Shown one piece after another: positions 37,269 through 50,079 of a stretch of 64,000 nucleotides of DNA; position 1 is the first letter of the stretch; each line of letters opens with the position of its first letter. The notes under the pieces were generated by a model. The model was not told the DNA's origin. It did no database searches and worked only from the letters and a program-made list of their open reading frames with translations. The position numbers and the translations under genes are program-made. The DNA is from Callorhinchus milii (taxonomy: Eukaryota). The stretch covers positions 17,052,001-17,116,000 of the forward strand of contig NW_024704742.1 of the NCBI RefSeq assembly GCF_018977255.1. Direction: 5' to 3'.

Positions 37269-39358
37269 CAACAAAACTGTATCAAGCAAGAATAATATCC
37301 AAGTAACATAAATTGACAAACATGCAGTAATTTCTATAAAATGACACACAGTAATTGACATGTTTACCATGGGCTACAATATCACTGCTCCTGTATACCC
37401 AAGGAAGCATCCAAAATAAATGTAAAGAAGCATTGCTACTATATTGAGGAGTTGTCCAGGCTGGCTCAATTTCTGAAGCAGGCTGCTGTGAAAACGTGGA
37501 ACAAACACTGGGCCACTCCTTTGGTCATGAGGGAAAAACATGGAATATTTTATATCTGGCACAGCACATGTTTTTATTGATGTTAATTTTATTTAAACAA
37601 GTATTAAAATAAAAAATTTGTGATAGCAGATACAGATTGCTAATGCCGTGATGTTATTTTCTCTCACTATGATTGTTCCTTAAGGAACACCTTGAAATTT
37701 GTTTCAATATACCCCCCCCCCCCCCCCCCCACTCCCCCCAATGACTTCTCAATAATGCTGGAATCCACAGCTGCTCAAAAAAGCTTGCAGAAGCCACCTT
37801 GGATTCTCTCTTTATAGCCCATCTGCCATTAAAGCAGGAGTCAACATTCAGGTATTGTTTTACAAGATATTGATTTATTTAAGTTGATACCCTGTAAAAA
37901 GGCATTGAAAGTCCCCTAATCCAAGGTCTAGGAATAGTCACTAAAAATTCCGTGCGTCTGCTTTAGAGGCTGTATTTTTAGTCGGTCGCCAACATCATGT
38001 GGGCTGCACCCACCCGAGTCATCACTATTTTCTGGCCTGGCACAGCTGCGAGGATGGACACAATACTAACTGTTGAGTTGATTTAAAGTTCATTCTGTTT
38101 TTCTCAGTAAAAAGCATTTTAATTTTGTTTAAGACCACAGGACGCACAAAGTTACACACTGATAAATCTCAAATTTTCGGTAACAATTCCAGCACAATGT
38201 TGAAATCAGCCTGTGTTGGCATGAGGCAGGCCTGAAGTAGTACATAGCTATGATATTTACAAAGAGCACAGTAAAAAGGTATGAAAGAGGTGAAGTTATA
38301 TCCACATCAAGAGGACAGGACAGTCTGGCTGAAGCTTACCCTGAGGTTCCCTCTAACACAAATCCACAAACAGCAAACAAGGGCTGGATTGTGTAAGAAT
38401 GAGTGACTTGTGTCTGAAACAGAGTATTCTGCCAAAGCAAAGCCCTCCATCTGGTAGCCTGGCTTAGAATTGCTAAAACTTTCCCAAGGGTGGGCTGGAA
38501 GCTCACAGACTGCCCTATAACTTGGGAGCAGCAGGACATGCGGCTGGCCATTTTCACCTCTCTTGGGTTGAATCTGAGTTCACTGAAAAATCCAAAACAA
38601 CTTATCATCTTAGAAGCAACATTAGTTTGTTTGTCCAAACTCCAATCTGTCAGTTTGTTTATTTTCCATTGATCAAATCTTCATCAAAATCAAAAAGAAC
38701 TCTTTTACCTCTATTCAGCTTGTGCTACTGAAGTTTGCTTTCCATTGCAATGGGCAACTCCATAATAACTGCAACCCCTTTAAACTGATGAAGGGGTTAA
38801 TACAGACAGATTGAAAACAGGTTGTATTCAACAAACTGGAATAACTTTTAAAATACATATCCACATCTGGAATAAAAGCTCTACCAGATGCGTTATACTC
38901 CTTTGCGGAAATAACTCACTCTGTACACATCAATAAATGTTCCATTGAAGCATAACTTGTGAATGAAAAACATCCCAGAGATTAAGATCATTTCTTTTCA
39001 TTTCACTTCACTTCCAAGTGACCAACCTGCATTCAAAGATCAGATTTTGGCAGAAATAGAATTGGTGACCCTTACCTTGCACCTCAGTTATACAGCATAG
39101 ATGCCAGTCTTGCTGTGACAACAGTGAACGCCTACTAGAGCAGTGAAAGCCACGAGCAGCAAATTATAATGTCAGGTCCACACAGCTCTACATTGTGGCA
39201 AAGAGGAGATCTGATGTGAGTACATAAACACATTCACAACTTTCTGCTCACCAGTGCTTGACTATCAGTGAAAACTTGATGTAAGTGTAGAGCCAGTAGG
39301 ACTGCTGGGTCCTTACTAAAAACTTAAAAGCAATCTAATCAGCTGCCTGGGAACTTTT

Positions 39359-39610
39359 AACAACAACAACAAGATTCCATTAATAGAGCACCTTTCACGT
39401 CGGGAAGATGTCCCAAGGCGTTGGACAGTTGGGTCAGGACCCGAGCACGGGGAAAATGGTGAGGGGAGGGAAGGGAGGGGGTAGAGCGTTGAGAGGGGAG
39501 CTGAAGGCACGGTCAAAGAGAAAGGTCTTGAGACCAGCCTTGAAGGAGGAAAGGGAGGAAGCAAGGCGAAGGCACTGGGGGATGGAGTTCCAGAGCCTAG
39601 GGGCTGAAGG
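39359..39610 (-). mobile_element. L2-A 3' fragment
   Basis: SAPRLWNSIPQCLRLASSLSSFKAGLKTFLFD; (CAA)n tail. Confidence 0.88.
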
Positions 39611-39619
39611 TTTAAGATT

Positions 39620-40715
39620 TAATAATAACAACTTGCATTTGTATGGGGCCCTTCACATAAATAGAGGCTCACTCAGAGTGCTTAACAGTGATGGAATTTG
39701 AACTAGAAAGAGAAGTGAGGCACGGGCGAATAAGAAGGTCTTCAGCAAGGAGGGGACAAGGCGGAAGGATTGAGGCAGAGAGATTCAGAGTGTAGTGACT
39801 TTAAAGCACCACCACCAATGGTGGAGGGAGGGGACGAGGGATGTCCATAAGAAAGAGTGATGTGTGAGCAGGTCAGAGAGGTAGGGTGGTGTCAGTGCAG
39901 GAAGTGATTTGTTATTTGATTATGAGGATCTTGAAATTGATCCATTCTGTAATCAGAGCCAGTGGAGCTTGGCAAGAACTGAACTGATGGTTGCAGAGCC
40001 TGGTATGGGTCAGGACACAAAAGGTGGAGTTCTGAATCAATTGATTTTATGAGTGGTGGAGCTGGGGAGCCTGGCGAGATGGACATTGGAATAATTGAGG
40101 CAGGAGGTTACAAAAACATGGATGAGAGGATCAGAGGTATTGGGTGTGAGATATGATCGGAGGCGGGGAATGTGGCAGAGGTGAGGGAAAGTGGTTCTGG
40201 CCAGGCCCTGGATGTGGGGTAGGAAGGACAGCAGGGTATCAAACCTAATGCCTCAGTTGTGCACAGATTCAGTGAGTTTGAGGGATAGGACAGGGAGGTT
40301 AAAGAGGTCAGATCAGCAGATGAGAAGATGTTGACAGGAGCCAAACAGGATAACTTCCATCATGTCAATATTCAACTGCAGAAATCTGGTGCTCATCCAG
40401 GGCTTGAGGTCTGACAACCAAGAGGACAGAACATGAGTGGACCTGTAATCGCAACTAGAGGAAGAAAAGTAGATTTTTGTGTCAAATCTACATGTGGAAT
40501 ACAAGTGGAATTTGACCCCGTGTCTATGCATGATATCACCAAGAGGGAGCATGCATATGAGAAAAAGTAGGGGCCAAGGATAGAGCCTTGGGGTATGCTA
40601 CAGGTGATCAGTTGGGGATAGAAGGAGAAACCATTTGCAGAGTTGAAGTGACGGCAGTGGGCCAAGGATGACACGAACCAGGACAGTCCACTGAGGTGGA
40701 TGAGGGAGAAGAGGG
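39620..40715 (-). mobile_element. Older ~1.1-kb L2 fragment with RT remnants
   Basis: IPQGSILGP, MLPLGDIMHRHGVKFHLY, LSDLKPWMSTRFLQLN in broken frames. Confidence 0.85.
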
Positions 40716-41221
40716 GAAAAGTTCCTTTAGTACACTAATTGAAGTTTATCACAGCTAGTGCCAAGCCAAACTAGTGTGAAACTATCTCTTCATTGCTTCT
40801 ATGAGTTCAAATCGATCTCCTTAAACCTGGAGCTATGCTGCAGTTTGCATCGATTTGACACGACATCCACATTGAATCAATGCAAATAATAGCATGGGTT
40901 ATTATTAGAACCCAATGCAATTCTTCTGAGCTTATACACTCAGAAATAACTACACTGCAAGGGTATACATCAGAGCTGTGGGCAAAGATCAAATGGTTTA
41001 AAAATAGTGTATGTGGTGTACATATTCTTTTTTATAACACTTCTTCAATATTCAACAAATTCTGGATTTTCAAGCTGGAAAAATGCTGAATGATCATAAA
41101 TTCACTTTTGACTGCCCTCTTCCATAAACTAGTGCTATTTTCACATTAAGAACACTTTTGCCATGTTTAAACTTGTAATACCGTTCATACAAGAAGAAAA
41201 AGGCAATAGAATTGTGTAAGG

Positions 41222-41330
41222 TGAGGAGAATACGAGGGGTGCGGCTTGTGTGTAGTATAAACACTGGTATGGATTAGTTAGGCCAAATGGCCTGTTTCCC
41301 TGCGGTATCACTCTATGTAGCTCTATATGA
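41222..41330 (+). mobile_element. CR1 3' tail
   Basis: GGCTTGTGTGTAGTATAAACACTGGTATGGATTAGTTAGGCCAAATGGCCTGTTTCC..CTCTATG. Confidence 0.65.
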
Positions 41331-42093
41331 CTGGCCTTAGCCTATGCCAAATAAGGCAGACTGTTTTGACCAGATATTTGCCGATAAAGATCAAATTCAA
41401 TTAGAAGTGACTAATTAAGTCATTATTTAAATTTAAGTGAATTTACAAATGTGTTTACAAATTAAATGAGTGTACCGAAAGGGTAAGAAATGGATTATAA
41501 AGTGCCTCCTCTCAGATAAGACGGGTCAATAACTTTATGGCTGATTGTGTGACATTACTATGTGCAAATTGTCTGCTGCTTCATCTACAAATACACAGTC
41601 ATTACGCTATACAGTAAATCTTGTGAGATGCTCTTTACACCTTCAGCGTATTATCTTAATTGCTCACATCTTGCTATCAGTCAATTAATGACTGATAGAC
41701 AATATATGAAATGTGTTGAAGTGGATTATAAAAGATCTCATAGCATTATTCAAAAAGAGAAAGGAGTTTTTCCTCGTGTCTTGGCAACAAACCCCCCAAA
41801 ATAAAATCAGTCATTCACTTCCTGGCCGCCTACAAATACCGAATGACTACACTTCAGAGTAAATCTCCTGTGAAATGCTTTAAGATGCCTCAGTGACGTT
41901 ATAAGGCGCTATAACAATTGCAAGGATTATAATTACAGATAGACAGGATCTCGATTTAAAATCTTTGCCGAAATGTAGAGTTGTGTGGACCTGACATTAT
42001 AATTTGCTGCTTGTGGCTTACACTGCTCTGGTAGGCATTCATTCGTGGCACCTCCAACAATGCAGAGCTTCCCATTTCTGTCTGCAGTGTCAT

Positions 42094-42365
42094 CAACAAC
42101 AACAACAGCAAAATTACATTTATAGAGTGCCTTTCACATCAGGAGGACGTCCCAAGTCGCTGGACTGTCAGGGGTTAGGACCCGAGCATGGAGGAGGGGT
42201 GGGGTAGGGGTGAGGGAAAGCAGAGAGGTGGGAGGGCGACTGAAGGCATGATTGAAGAGGAGGGTCTTGAGACCTGCCTTGAAAGAGGCAAGGGAGGAAA
42301 CAAGGCAAAGAGACTGTTGGGATGGAGTTCCAGAGTGTGGGAGCAGAGAGGCTGAAAGCTCGGCC
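42094..42365 (-). mobile_element. L2-A 3' fragment nested in a Deu-type SINE head region
   Basis: RAFSLSAPTLWNSIP..FKAGLKTLLF; SINE head resumes at ~42380-42460. Confidence 0.85.
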
Positions 42366-42964
42366 ACTGGTCCCAGACCTGAGCTCAAAGTATTGACAAG
42401 GGGCCTGAACCCACAATGTTTTGACTCAGAGGCAAGGGTGTTACCAACTGGACCAGGTTAACAATTGTCTAAATCCTCAGAATGTTGGATCCCAGTGTGC
42501 TATAGAACTATGCCTTGCAGAAGCAATTTTGTAATTTAAAAGAGTCAGAGCATTTTAATTTGTGGGAAGATTTTCTTGTCACTTATTGCAAAGCTGCAAG
42601 AAAGATTTGGATGGAAGATTATCATGCTTTCAGACCAATTTGTAGAGCAAAGTACAAGAAGTTCTATAGTTCTTAATCGCCTTATGCCTTTATTAATCAT
42701 TTCAATGAGAACAATTAGGCAAGCTATTTGCTAATTTTCTAAAAGTCAGGCCAGTGTACCATAAACACAAACAGGCTTCATTAATGGCTAATCCAGCACT
42801 GCCAGAAAATTAAAACCAAGATTAAGGTCTGGGAAACGTTGACACACAAATGTTCAACACATTTATCTGACGGACTTTTCTGCAAGGCTCTTCATTTATG
42901 TGTTCAGAAGGCAATGTGTCAAGATTAATTGCAATGATAGTGACGGTTCCTCTACCTATGCTAA

Positions 42965-43222
42965 GGTGACACTCCAGTGCAGTGCTGGGGATGTGTTGCT
43001 GTCCTCTGGATAAACCGAGGTCCCACCTGTCTGTTCAGGTGGCTATTAAAGATCCCGTGGCATGATTTGAAAAGGGAATGGAGTTTCCCCTGGTGCCCTG
43101 GCCAACAATCCCCCAAATAAAATTGGTCATTAATTTCATGACTGTTTGTGAGACATTGCTATGCACAACTGGCTGCCGCATTTGCCTACAATTATGTAGT
43201 CAGTCCATTTCACAGTACATCC
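42965..43222 (+). mobile_element. Deu-domain SINE body, truncated at the minisatellite
   Basis: TAAACCGAGGTCCC..AAAGATCCCGTGGCA..CCTGGCCAAC..TGGCTGCCGCATTTGCCTACA. Confidence 0.8.
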
Positions 43223-43386
43223 TGCCTCCTCTAACACCACGCTGCCCCCTCTAACACCACGCTGCCCCCTCTAACACCACGCTGCCCCCTCTAACACCAC
43301 CCTGCCCCCTCTAACACCACTCTGCCCCCTCTAACACCACTCTGCCCCCTCTAACACCACTCTGCCCCCTCTAACACCACCCTGCC
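43221..43386. repeat. 20-bp minisatellite, 8 copies of NCTGCCCCCTCTAACACCAC
   Basis: Direct tandem units; first base varies C,G,G,G,C,T,T,T. Confidence 0.95.
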
Positions 43387-44487
43387 TACTTTAGTACTTT
43401 GCTTCAAGTCCTCTGAGGATGGCTACAAATAAAAACTTCTGTGGTGCAGTATTAAAGCCAACACTGCTGACACTGATAAATAGAAAACTGAGAGAGATTG
43501 GTTATTCTATCACCCTGTCCTCAATTGCCCTTCTCCATTCCTTCAGCAATCATGTATTCCTGCTGATGTCAGCAACAAAATCTTTTCACTTGGTACTTGC
43601 TACAAGGTTAAAAAACAATACATTTACTGAGACAAATATCTAGCCCAATGTTAATAGACAATACAAAACAAGCTCATTCAACCTGTCCAGCTCACGAGGT
43701 AAAATGTACTAACATTGACATTGAACTGCAAATCTACAATATGGACTGTATGTATTATATAAAATAACAGTTTGGCAAGTAATGATATATCAAAGGTAAT
43801 AAATCTTTGTTTATTGACTGTAACACCATCCAGGAAATTGGTGCAATCACATATCACATGTTCTGGTTACTGTTAGTTCAAATATGAAGTTAAGGTACAG
43901 TAGTGATGTGCACTATAACACCAATGCATGAAAAGATGGGATGATAATAATAATCCTTGCATTTGATATAGCGCCATATCATGTTGTGAAACATCTCAAA
44001 GTGTTTCACAGGATATATTTTGAGGGCAATATAGATTCACACTATCCCAAGATGTCGCCAAAGTTATCAATTAGAAGCGCAGCATCAGGGGTACATTGGC
44101 AGAAATGATCAACTGCCCCATAGAAGCAAAGAGGACATCTGCAATTAAATCTTTCCAGGATTATGCTGGTACATTTCACAGTGGGTAGCTCAAATCAGCT
44201 CTGAAGGAGAGCTGGCTATAGGATTCCCATTCAGCTGCAATTGGTACCTGGATTAGGAAAACCAAGGAAAAGAGAGGAAGCAGAAAACAGACTGTAAACA
44301 GAGACCTATATATTGTTTGCAAAAAGACTTATACGTTTTGAGCACAAAGTCTTATTGCAATATAAACTGTATTTAGTTGAAAAAGTTTTGTTTCTGAGTG
44401 ACCTATAATAACTTATTCCCAACTCGGTCTTTCCTTCCCTTCTCTGCTGAAGGCAGTTGACTCCTTTCCCCTTCTCCTGGAATTTAA

Positions 44488-44785
44488 TAATAACAATGCT
44501 TACATTTGTGATAGCGCCTTTCACATTCGGAGGACATCTCAAAGCGCCATACAGAATATACTGTGAACAGGGAAGCCTTTTTTTTGCACACAGCAATGTT
44601 CCACAAACAGCCATGGAGTGAATGATCAATTTTATTCAGGAGATTATTTGCCACAACACCAAGAGAAACTCACCCCAGCACTGCATTGGAGTGTCAGTCT
44701 AGACTATACGAGTTCCACGTCCCGATGTGGGGCTTGAACCCAAATCCTTCTCAATTAGAGACGACAGGGCTAACTACTGAGCTCA
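44488..44785 (-). mobile_element. Deu-domain SINE, internally deleted
   Basis: Tail, CACAGCAATGTTCCACAAACAGC motif and head GGGGCTTGAACCC on the plus strand. Confidence 0.75.
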
Positions 44786-47700
44786 CAACCATCACTCAGC
44801 ATCTCAACCAGTTGATTATTATTCATGTGTGGGTCTTGATACTGAATGCTGGGAAGCTAGGTGATCACCCTTTCTTTATCCCTGCCCCGAAATTTCACCT
44901 AGTCTTATCCTGGAAGACCATTTTCTCTTAAAATTTAAGAATGTAATTTAAAACATGTTGTCACAGTTTAAGAAAAAAATCTGAAATTCAGTCTTAATTG
45001 AAAGCTGATTTCCACAAAAAGAACCAGCTTTTGAATTTAAGTATCTTCCACAATTCTGAGTGATTGTAAATCTAAAACATGTTGTTACAGTTTAAGGTTT
45101 AGTGGAAATTTAGGCTGCTATCTATACTTGCCAGCAGGATAGGAGTAAAGAACCGTAACTTTGACCCAAGGGACACTGAAGTTAATTGCAGCAATTCACT
45201 TTGGTTGCTCTGATTGAGATGAACTAATTCAGCACAGAAAAGGATTTGAAACTGTGACCTAGTCTGGGTGATCTTGTATTATTCCAGGTGCCTTTACAGA
45301 ATGACCCATCGCGTGAAGCTATTCATTTTTTTTAAAAGCAACAGCTAAACTGGTATAAAATAGTTTATCTTCCCCAAGGATAAGTAGCAATTAAATTTTA
45401 ATTATTAAACCAAGAAAAGAACAACATCACATCATGATGTATTTTCACTATAGGACGGCATCTGAAAACGTCATCTCAATGTCATCTTTGGAATGGTTCA
45501 TAAACCTCCTTATTATGAAAATAGCTGCAGATTTGCACTTGTCACCATCATTTTTAATACCCTGCTGTTAACAAATATCTGATTTGAAAGTTGGTAATTT
45601 ACAAAACCAAATGACCTTTAAATAAAAGATATGCTATTCCAATGGCTCAGTTGGTATATACCTATCAAAGTATGAAAGTAAGCTATCTTCCTTCTTCCCC
45701 ACTCCTTTCTCCCATCCTATTCAGGCTTCCATCCCTGTAAGCACTTTGAGAAGTTTAACAGAAAGTCATTATAACAATGATTGCTATGAGTGTATGTATG
45801 TGGGCATCGAAATCGGACATGGTAGTACAACAGTCCATCGAGGTACAATCTGCCAACACTCACTGTCCAGACTTACACAAGAAGACTGACCACTGGAGAG
45901 AGATATCAGAAAGTAAATGCTTTCTGTGGAACCTTATCTTAAGGTTTTTTGAGAAGAGGAAGGAAACTGAAGGGCAAAAAATACAAAATAAAAATAACAA
46001 TTCTGCCTGAATTATATAGTACACTCTACTCATATGCATAATTTATTTCCCACTATTTTTAATATAGCTGAACGAAAGCCATGCAGGCAAGCCACAGTAC
46101 GAAAAATTAGGTATTTGGAAAACTACTATGTACTTTGATAATGTAATATAAATCTTTAGATTACTGGTTGGATAGATGTATAATTGTTCAGGACCTCTGA
46201 TTCCCTACCCAGGAATGTTCGAGCACCACAGGGACAATGGAGACAACACTGCCAGATAGAGGTGTTTATATTTCAGCACGTTTACAAACTAGTTATTTTG
46301 TATTTACACACTTGAATTAATCTATTCATTTTATTGTACGATGCCACTGTGTTAACATGACTAAACAAGCTAGTTTATTTGATGGGGGAAATGGTACACA
46401 GTAGCAAGTCAGGAGACTAGCATTCATTTGCATTTGAATACATCATCATCAAACAGAAGGGGAGAAAAACATAGCAACATCAAGCTTAACAAACGCATAG
46501 AATTCCTTATAACAAGAGCCCTTCTTTACTGTCAATCATTTTAAGAGCTTGTAATTTGTCTGAGATGATATTTCATCCCTGGTTTCATTTGGCTTTTGTC
46601 CGTTTCACACAGAGAAGCTGCCAAAGCACATTCACCAGAGAAGTGCTGCCTCTGGAAGACACATTCAGATGTAAATGGCTTTTTGTTTCCTGATCCATTA
46701 CATTGCGAAATCACTTCCCCATCGAGTAATCCAGTTTATTTAGCCCTATTAGCACAATACATGGCAGAATAAAGTGAAATGTTTTATTCAAGTGCATGCA
46801 GGTCAAACTACATTAAATTCTATAGTACTTTGTCTGTTCCCAGTACACAAAAGATGATGGATTGTTCCTGAGAAACCTGGTATTTATGAAAGTGGTCTAT
46901 TAGTGGATCAGTATTTGTAATGATGAAGAATTGGGAGCATTGACTGAAAAATTAAATACAAAAGAAATGCTCCTTAATGTCACATGTTGAACAGAACAAA
47001 ATGTCATATAAATGAAGATGAGAACATCTCTCTTTAAATAAGATACACACTTAACCGCAATATATACTTAAATGCAGGGCCCACATAATTACTGCATCTA
47101 GATTGATAGTGTTAGAGTGCTCATTGAGTTTTGGCACTGCACCAAAAGAAGATGAGATTTTTACTCTGTAGTTTTGAGACCATTTGCACAAAGAGCATGC
47201 ATTTATATTGATATTTAACTAGGAAGCACTGTCTCTGCTTCCAAACCCCCATTCTTTTTTTTCTTGTTATACTCTAGGTTAATTCCTGGTATTGAATCAA
47301 TGTAGGGGGCTGCCAAGTTGTTCTATTGTAGCAGCATGGTCTCTGTAAGAAGATACTCATGAATAGAAATAACCTGGCAATAGAAATAGCCTAAGCTTGT
47401 AGCATCCTGATGGCTCAGTTATCAAATGCAAAGCTGAGATATACAGGTCGACTCTGTTTCTTCATTATTGGTCAGCCGGGTGCCTGACACTTGCCGAAAA
47501 CCATCACCATGCTTAAGAGTATCCAAACCAAACTGAGAATTAGGTTGACCATATTTTGTAAACTAAATCCGGGGACATTTGTAAAAAAAATTGAACTCAC
47601 CACAATTCCTGATGTGGGCAGTACTGGAGAAGCTTGTTGGATTAATGGCTGTATTTCTTTGATGGGTGTAATTTATCTGTTTAGAATCTTATTGTTCTTG

Positions 47701-47814
47701 CTCATTTGCTGTTGATCTTCATACAGGGCAAATTTGGCCATGGACATAATATCTCATCTGGGGACTGTTCTCGGAAATCGGGGATGTATGGTTACCCTAA
47801 CTATACTTCCACTG

Positions 47815-48160
47815 TGCAACTGTACTATAACAAGAATAGTGTTATACTGAGGTGTGTTATAACAAGGTCCCAGAATGCTTCCCTCCAGGGAGAGAGTGCA
47901 AATTTCATTCCAACAATTTATCTCTGAAATTTCCATGTGTAGGTGGGATGCATGGAATACACACATAACACACAGATGCAAAAGGCCTCCCAGTGCCTAA
48001 AAGTGTCCTAACAACCACTGGAACAGTTGGCAAGCATGTATGGGAAATTTAGTCATAGGTGACCTGGCAACCTGGAAGCACTGACCAGGGAGGCTGTTAT
48101 CATATGGGATCTGAGTTTAAGGATCTAAACCACTGTGTTATAACAGGATAAAGACTGTAG
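47815..48160. mobile_element. Possible Tc1/pogo (Tigger-like) MITE end remnants
   Basis: Repeated GTGTTATAACA motifs, one ending GACTGTA (48134-48159), reminiscent of CGTTATAACG..ACTG/TA termini; a similar CGAGGACCCACTGTA occurs at ~56798-56812. Confidence 0.3.
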
Positions 48161-49174
48161 TAAAGCTCCTGGAAGCTCCCTGGTTCAAACCCAGGTTTTT
48201 ATTGGGCTAGCTGACTTCATTGGGGATGGCATAACATTTAGCTTCAGTACCCATGGAGAGGGAAAGGGTTGGGGATAATCAAATGACAGGATTGTTGTTA
48301 TTATTTCTAATGGCAGGCTTTCCAAGATCTGCCCTCAATGTGTTAAACCTTTTGGAAAGATTAAATATTGATCTTTTGCATTTACTGAAAGCAATAAATA
48401 TTTTCATTTTGCTTCTCCATCATTTCACAACTTCACAATGGCAGCTTTGATATGGAATAAAGATTCTGAAACCCACACCCCAGAACCAGCATTTAAACCA
48501 ATTCATATGATCGATTTCCTTCTTCAACACCACGTAACCTAAATGCTGATAATTGTCTCCTATTTTTGTGCACGTCCAATGATGCTGCAATGTCCTTAAT
48601 GCCTAGGTGTACTAATATTGTTTTACTTGCTGTATCTTTCAAATGACTGATTAAGGCAGACACTGAGAAACCTTAACTGTTGCAAACAGAGATGATTGGT
48701 GAGGCAATTTTGAAAACATTATTCAAAATTGTTCAGTACAACATGCTAGATCAATATCAAATGTAATTCCCCAGCTACACAAAATGCATAAAGATTTACA
48801 GCATGTGTCACCTGTCCCCTTTAAGAAATCAATGCATCAAGAGTAGCTGCTTACTGTGAAATAAATTCCATTAACTCCAAGCAATCTGAAGATATCTGAA
48901 TTGCAGATGAACTACTGTATTTTTGAACAGCATCTACAAACTAATAAGACTGACCGCAAAGCTGTCAATCTTAATAATTTGCACCCAGAATGTAAAACTC
49001 CTGAGAACAGCAAACTGATCACCAGCCATCAATTAAAAGGCTTTTAATAAGTTAAGGAGAAAATACTGATTACATAGATCCTATATATGATTTAGAAGGA
49101 ACCTAGGTGGCCGAGGTTGTTACGTGTTGGACTTGAGATTACAAGGTTGAGAGTTGAAATCCTTCACCTCTTGA

Positions 49175-49456
49175 GGTTCCGGCCTGCTCCCTGTCTCCCA
49201 CCCAACCATCGGCAGCTGGGCTTTCAGCCTTTCTGCACCCACCCTTTGGAACTCCATCCCACAATCCCTTCGCCGTGCTTCGTCCCTTGCCTCCTTCAAG
49301 GCACGACTCAATACCCTCCTTTTTGACCATGCATTCAGCTGCCCTCCTACCTCTCTGCCCTCTCTCATCCCAGCCCTGCATCCCCAAGCTCGGGTCCTGA
49401 TCACCAACTGTTCAGCACCTTGGGATGTCCTCCCAACGTGAAAGGCACTTTACAAA
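49175..49456 (+). mobile_element. L2-A 3' fragment
   Basis: CTTTCAGCCTTTCTGCACCCACCCTTTGGAACTCCATCCC.. and family-A tail. Confidence 0.85.
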
Positions 49457-50010
49457 TATATTTTTGTTGTTGTTGTAAAAATGACAGAGAATCCCCACCT
49501 CAAAAGAAGGAAGAATCTGAAGGAGAGAGAAATGATGTGCTCTCACGTATATCAATGAGTTGTGTTTACATTTTGATAAACAAAACAAAATGGAACACAG
49601 TTCTACAATGTTAGATGGCACATTTTTGGGGAGTCTTTGCTACATATCTTATAAAGCCTGACTCTGTTCTATTTTCTTGTAAAATTATTAGAAATGTAAG
49701 CAATGTTGCAAGAGGCAAAGATGCCCTTCCCGAGAAAAGGAAATTCAGCGAAATTTACCATTCTTAGGATGTAACATCGCAGTGTGACTGGTTGAATGGT
49801 GGAAAGATGGATAGCAACTTACACAGAGCTTGACAATTACCCCCAATGTATTCTCCACTGTCAGAATCTATGCTGTTCAACAAGTACAATGATATGCACC
49901 ACTGCTTCAATAAGTCATTATGAAATGTGTCTTTATGGCAACTGATAAAATTATCATCCAATTATTTACAGCAAATTACTCTCCAACAGCAAATTTAATC
50001 TGCTCCTTGC

Positions 50011-50079
50011 ACTCCATTTAACACTCCATTTAACACTCAATTTAACACTCAATTTAACACTCAATTTAACTCCATTTAA
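50011..50079. repeat. 12-bp tandem repeat ACTC(C/A)ATTTAAC, 5 full copies plus 1 partial
   Basis: Directly visible tandem units. Confidence 0.9.

Noticed and set aside
43221..43386. Regular repeats suggestive of a CRISPR array
   Set aside because: Units are contiguous with no unique spacers, in a vertebrate context with no cas genes.
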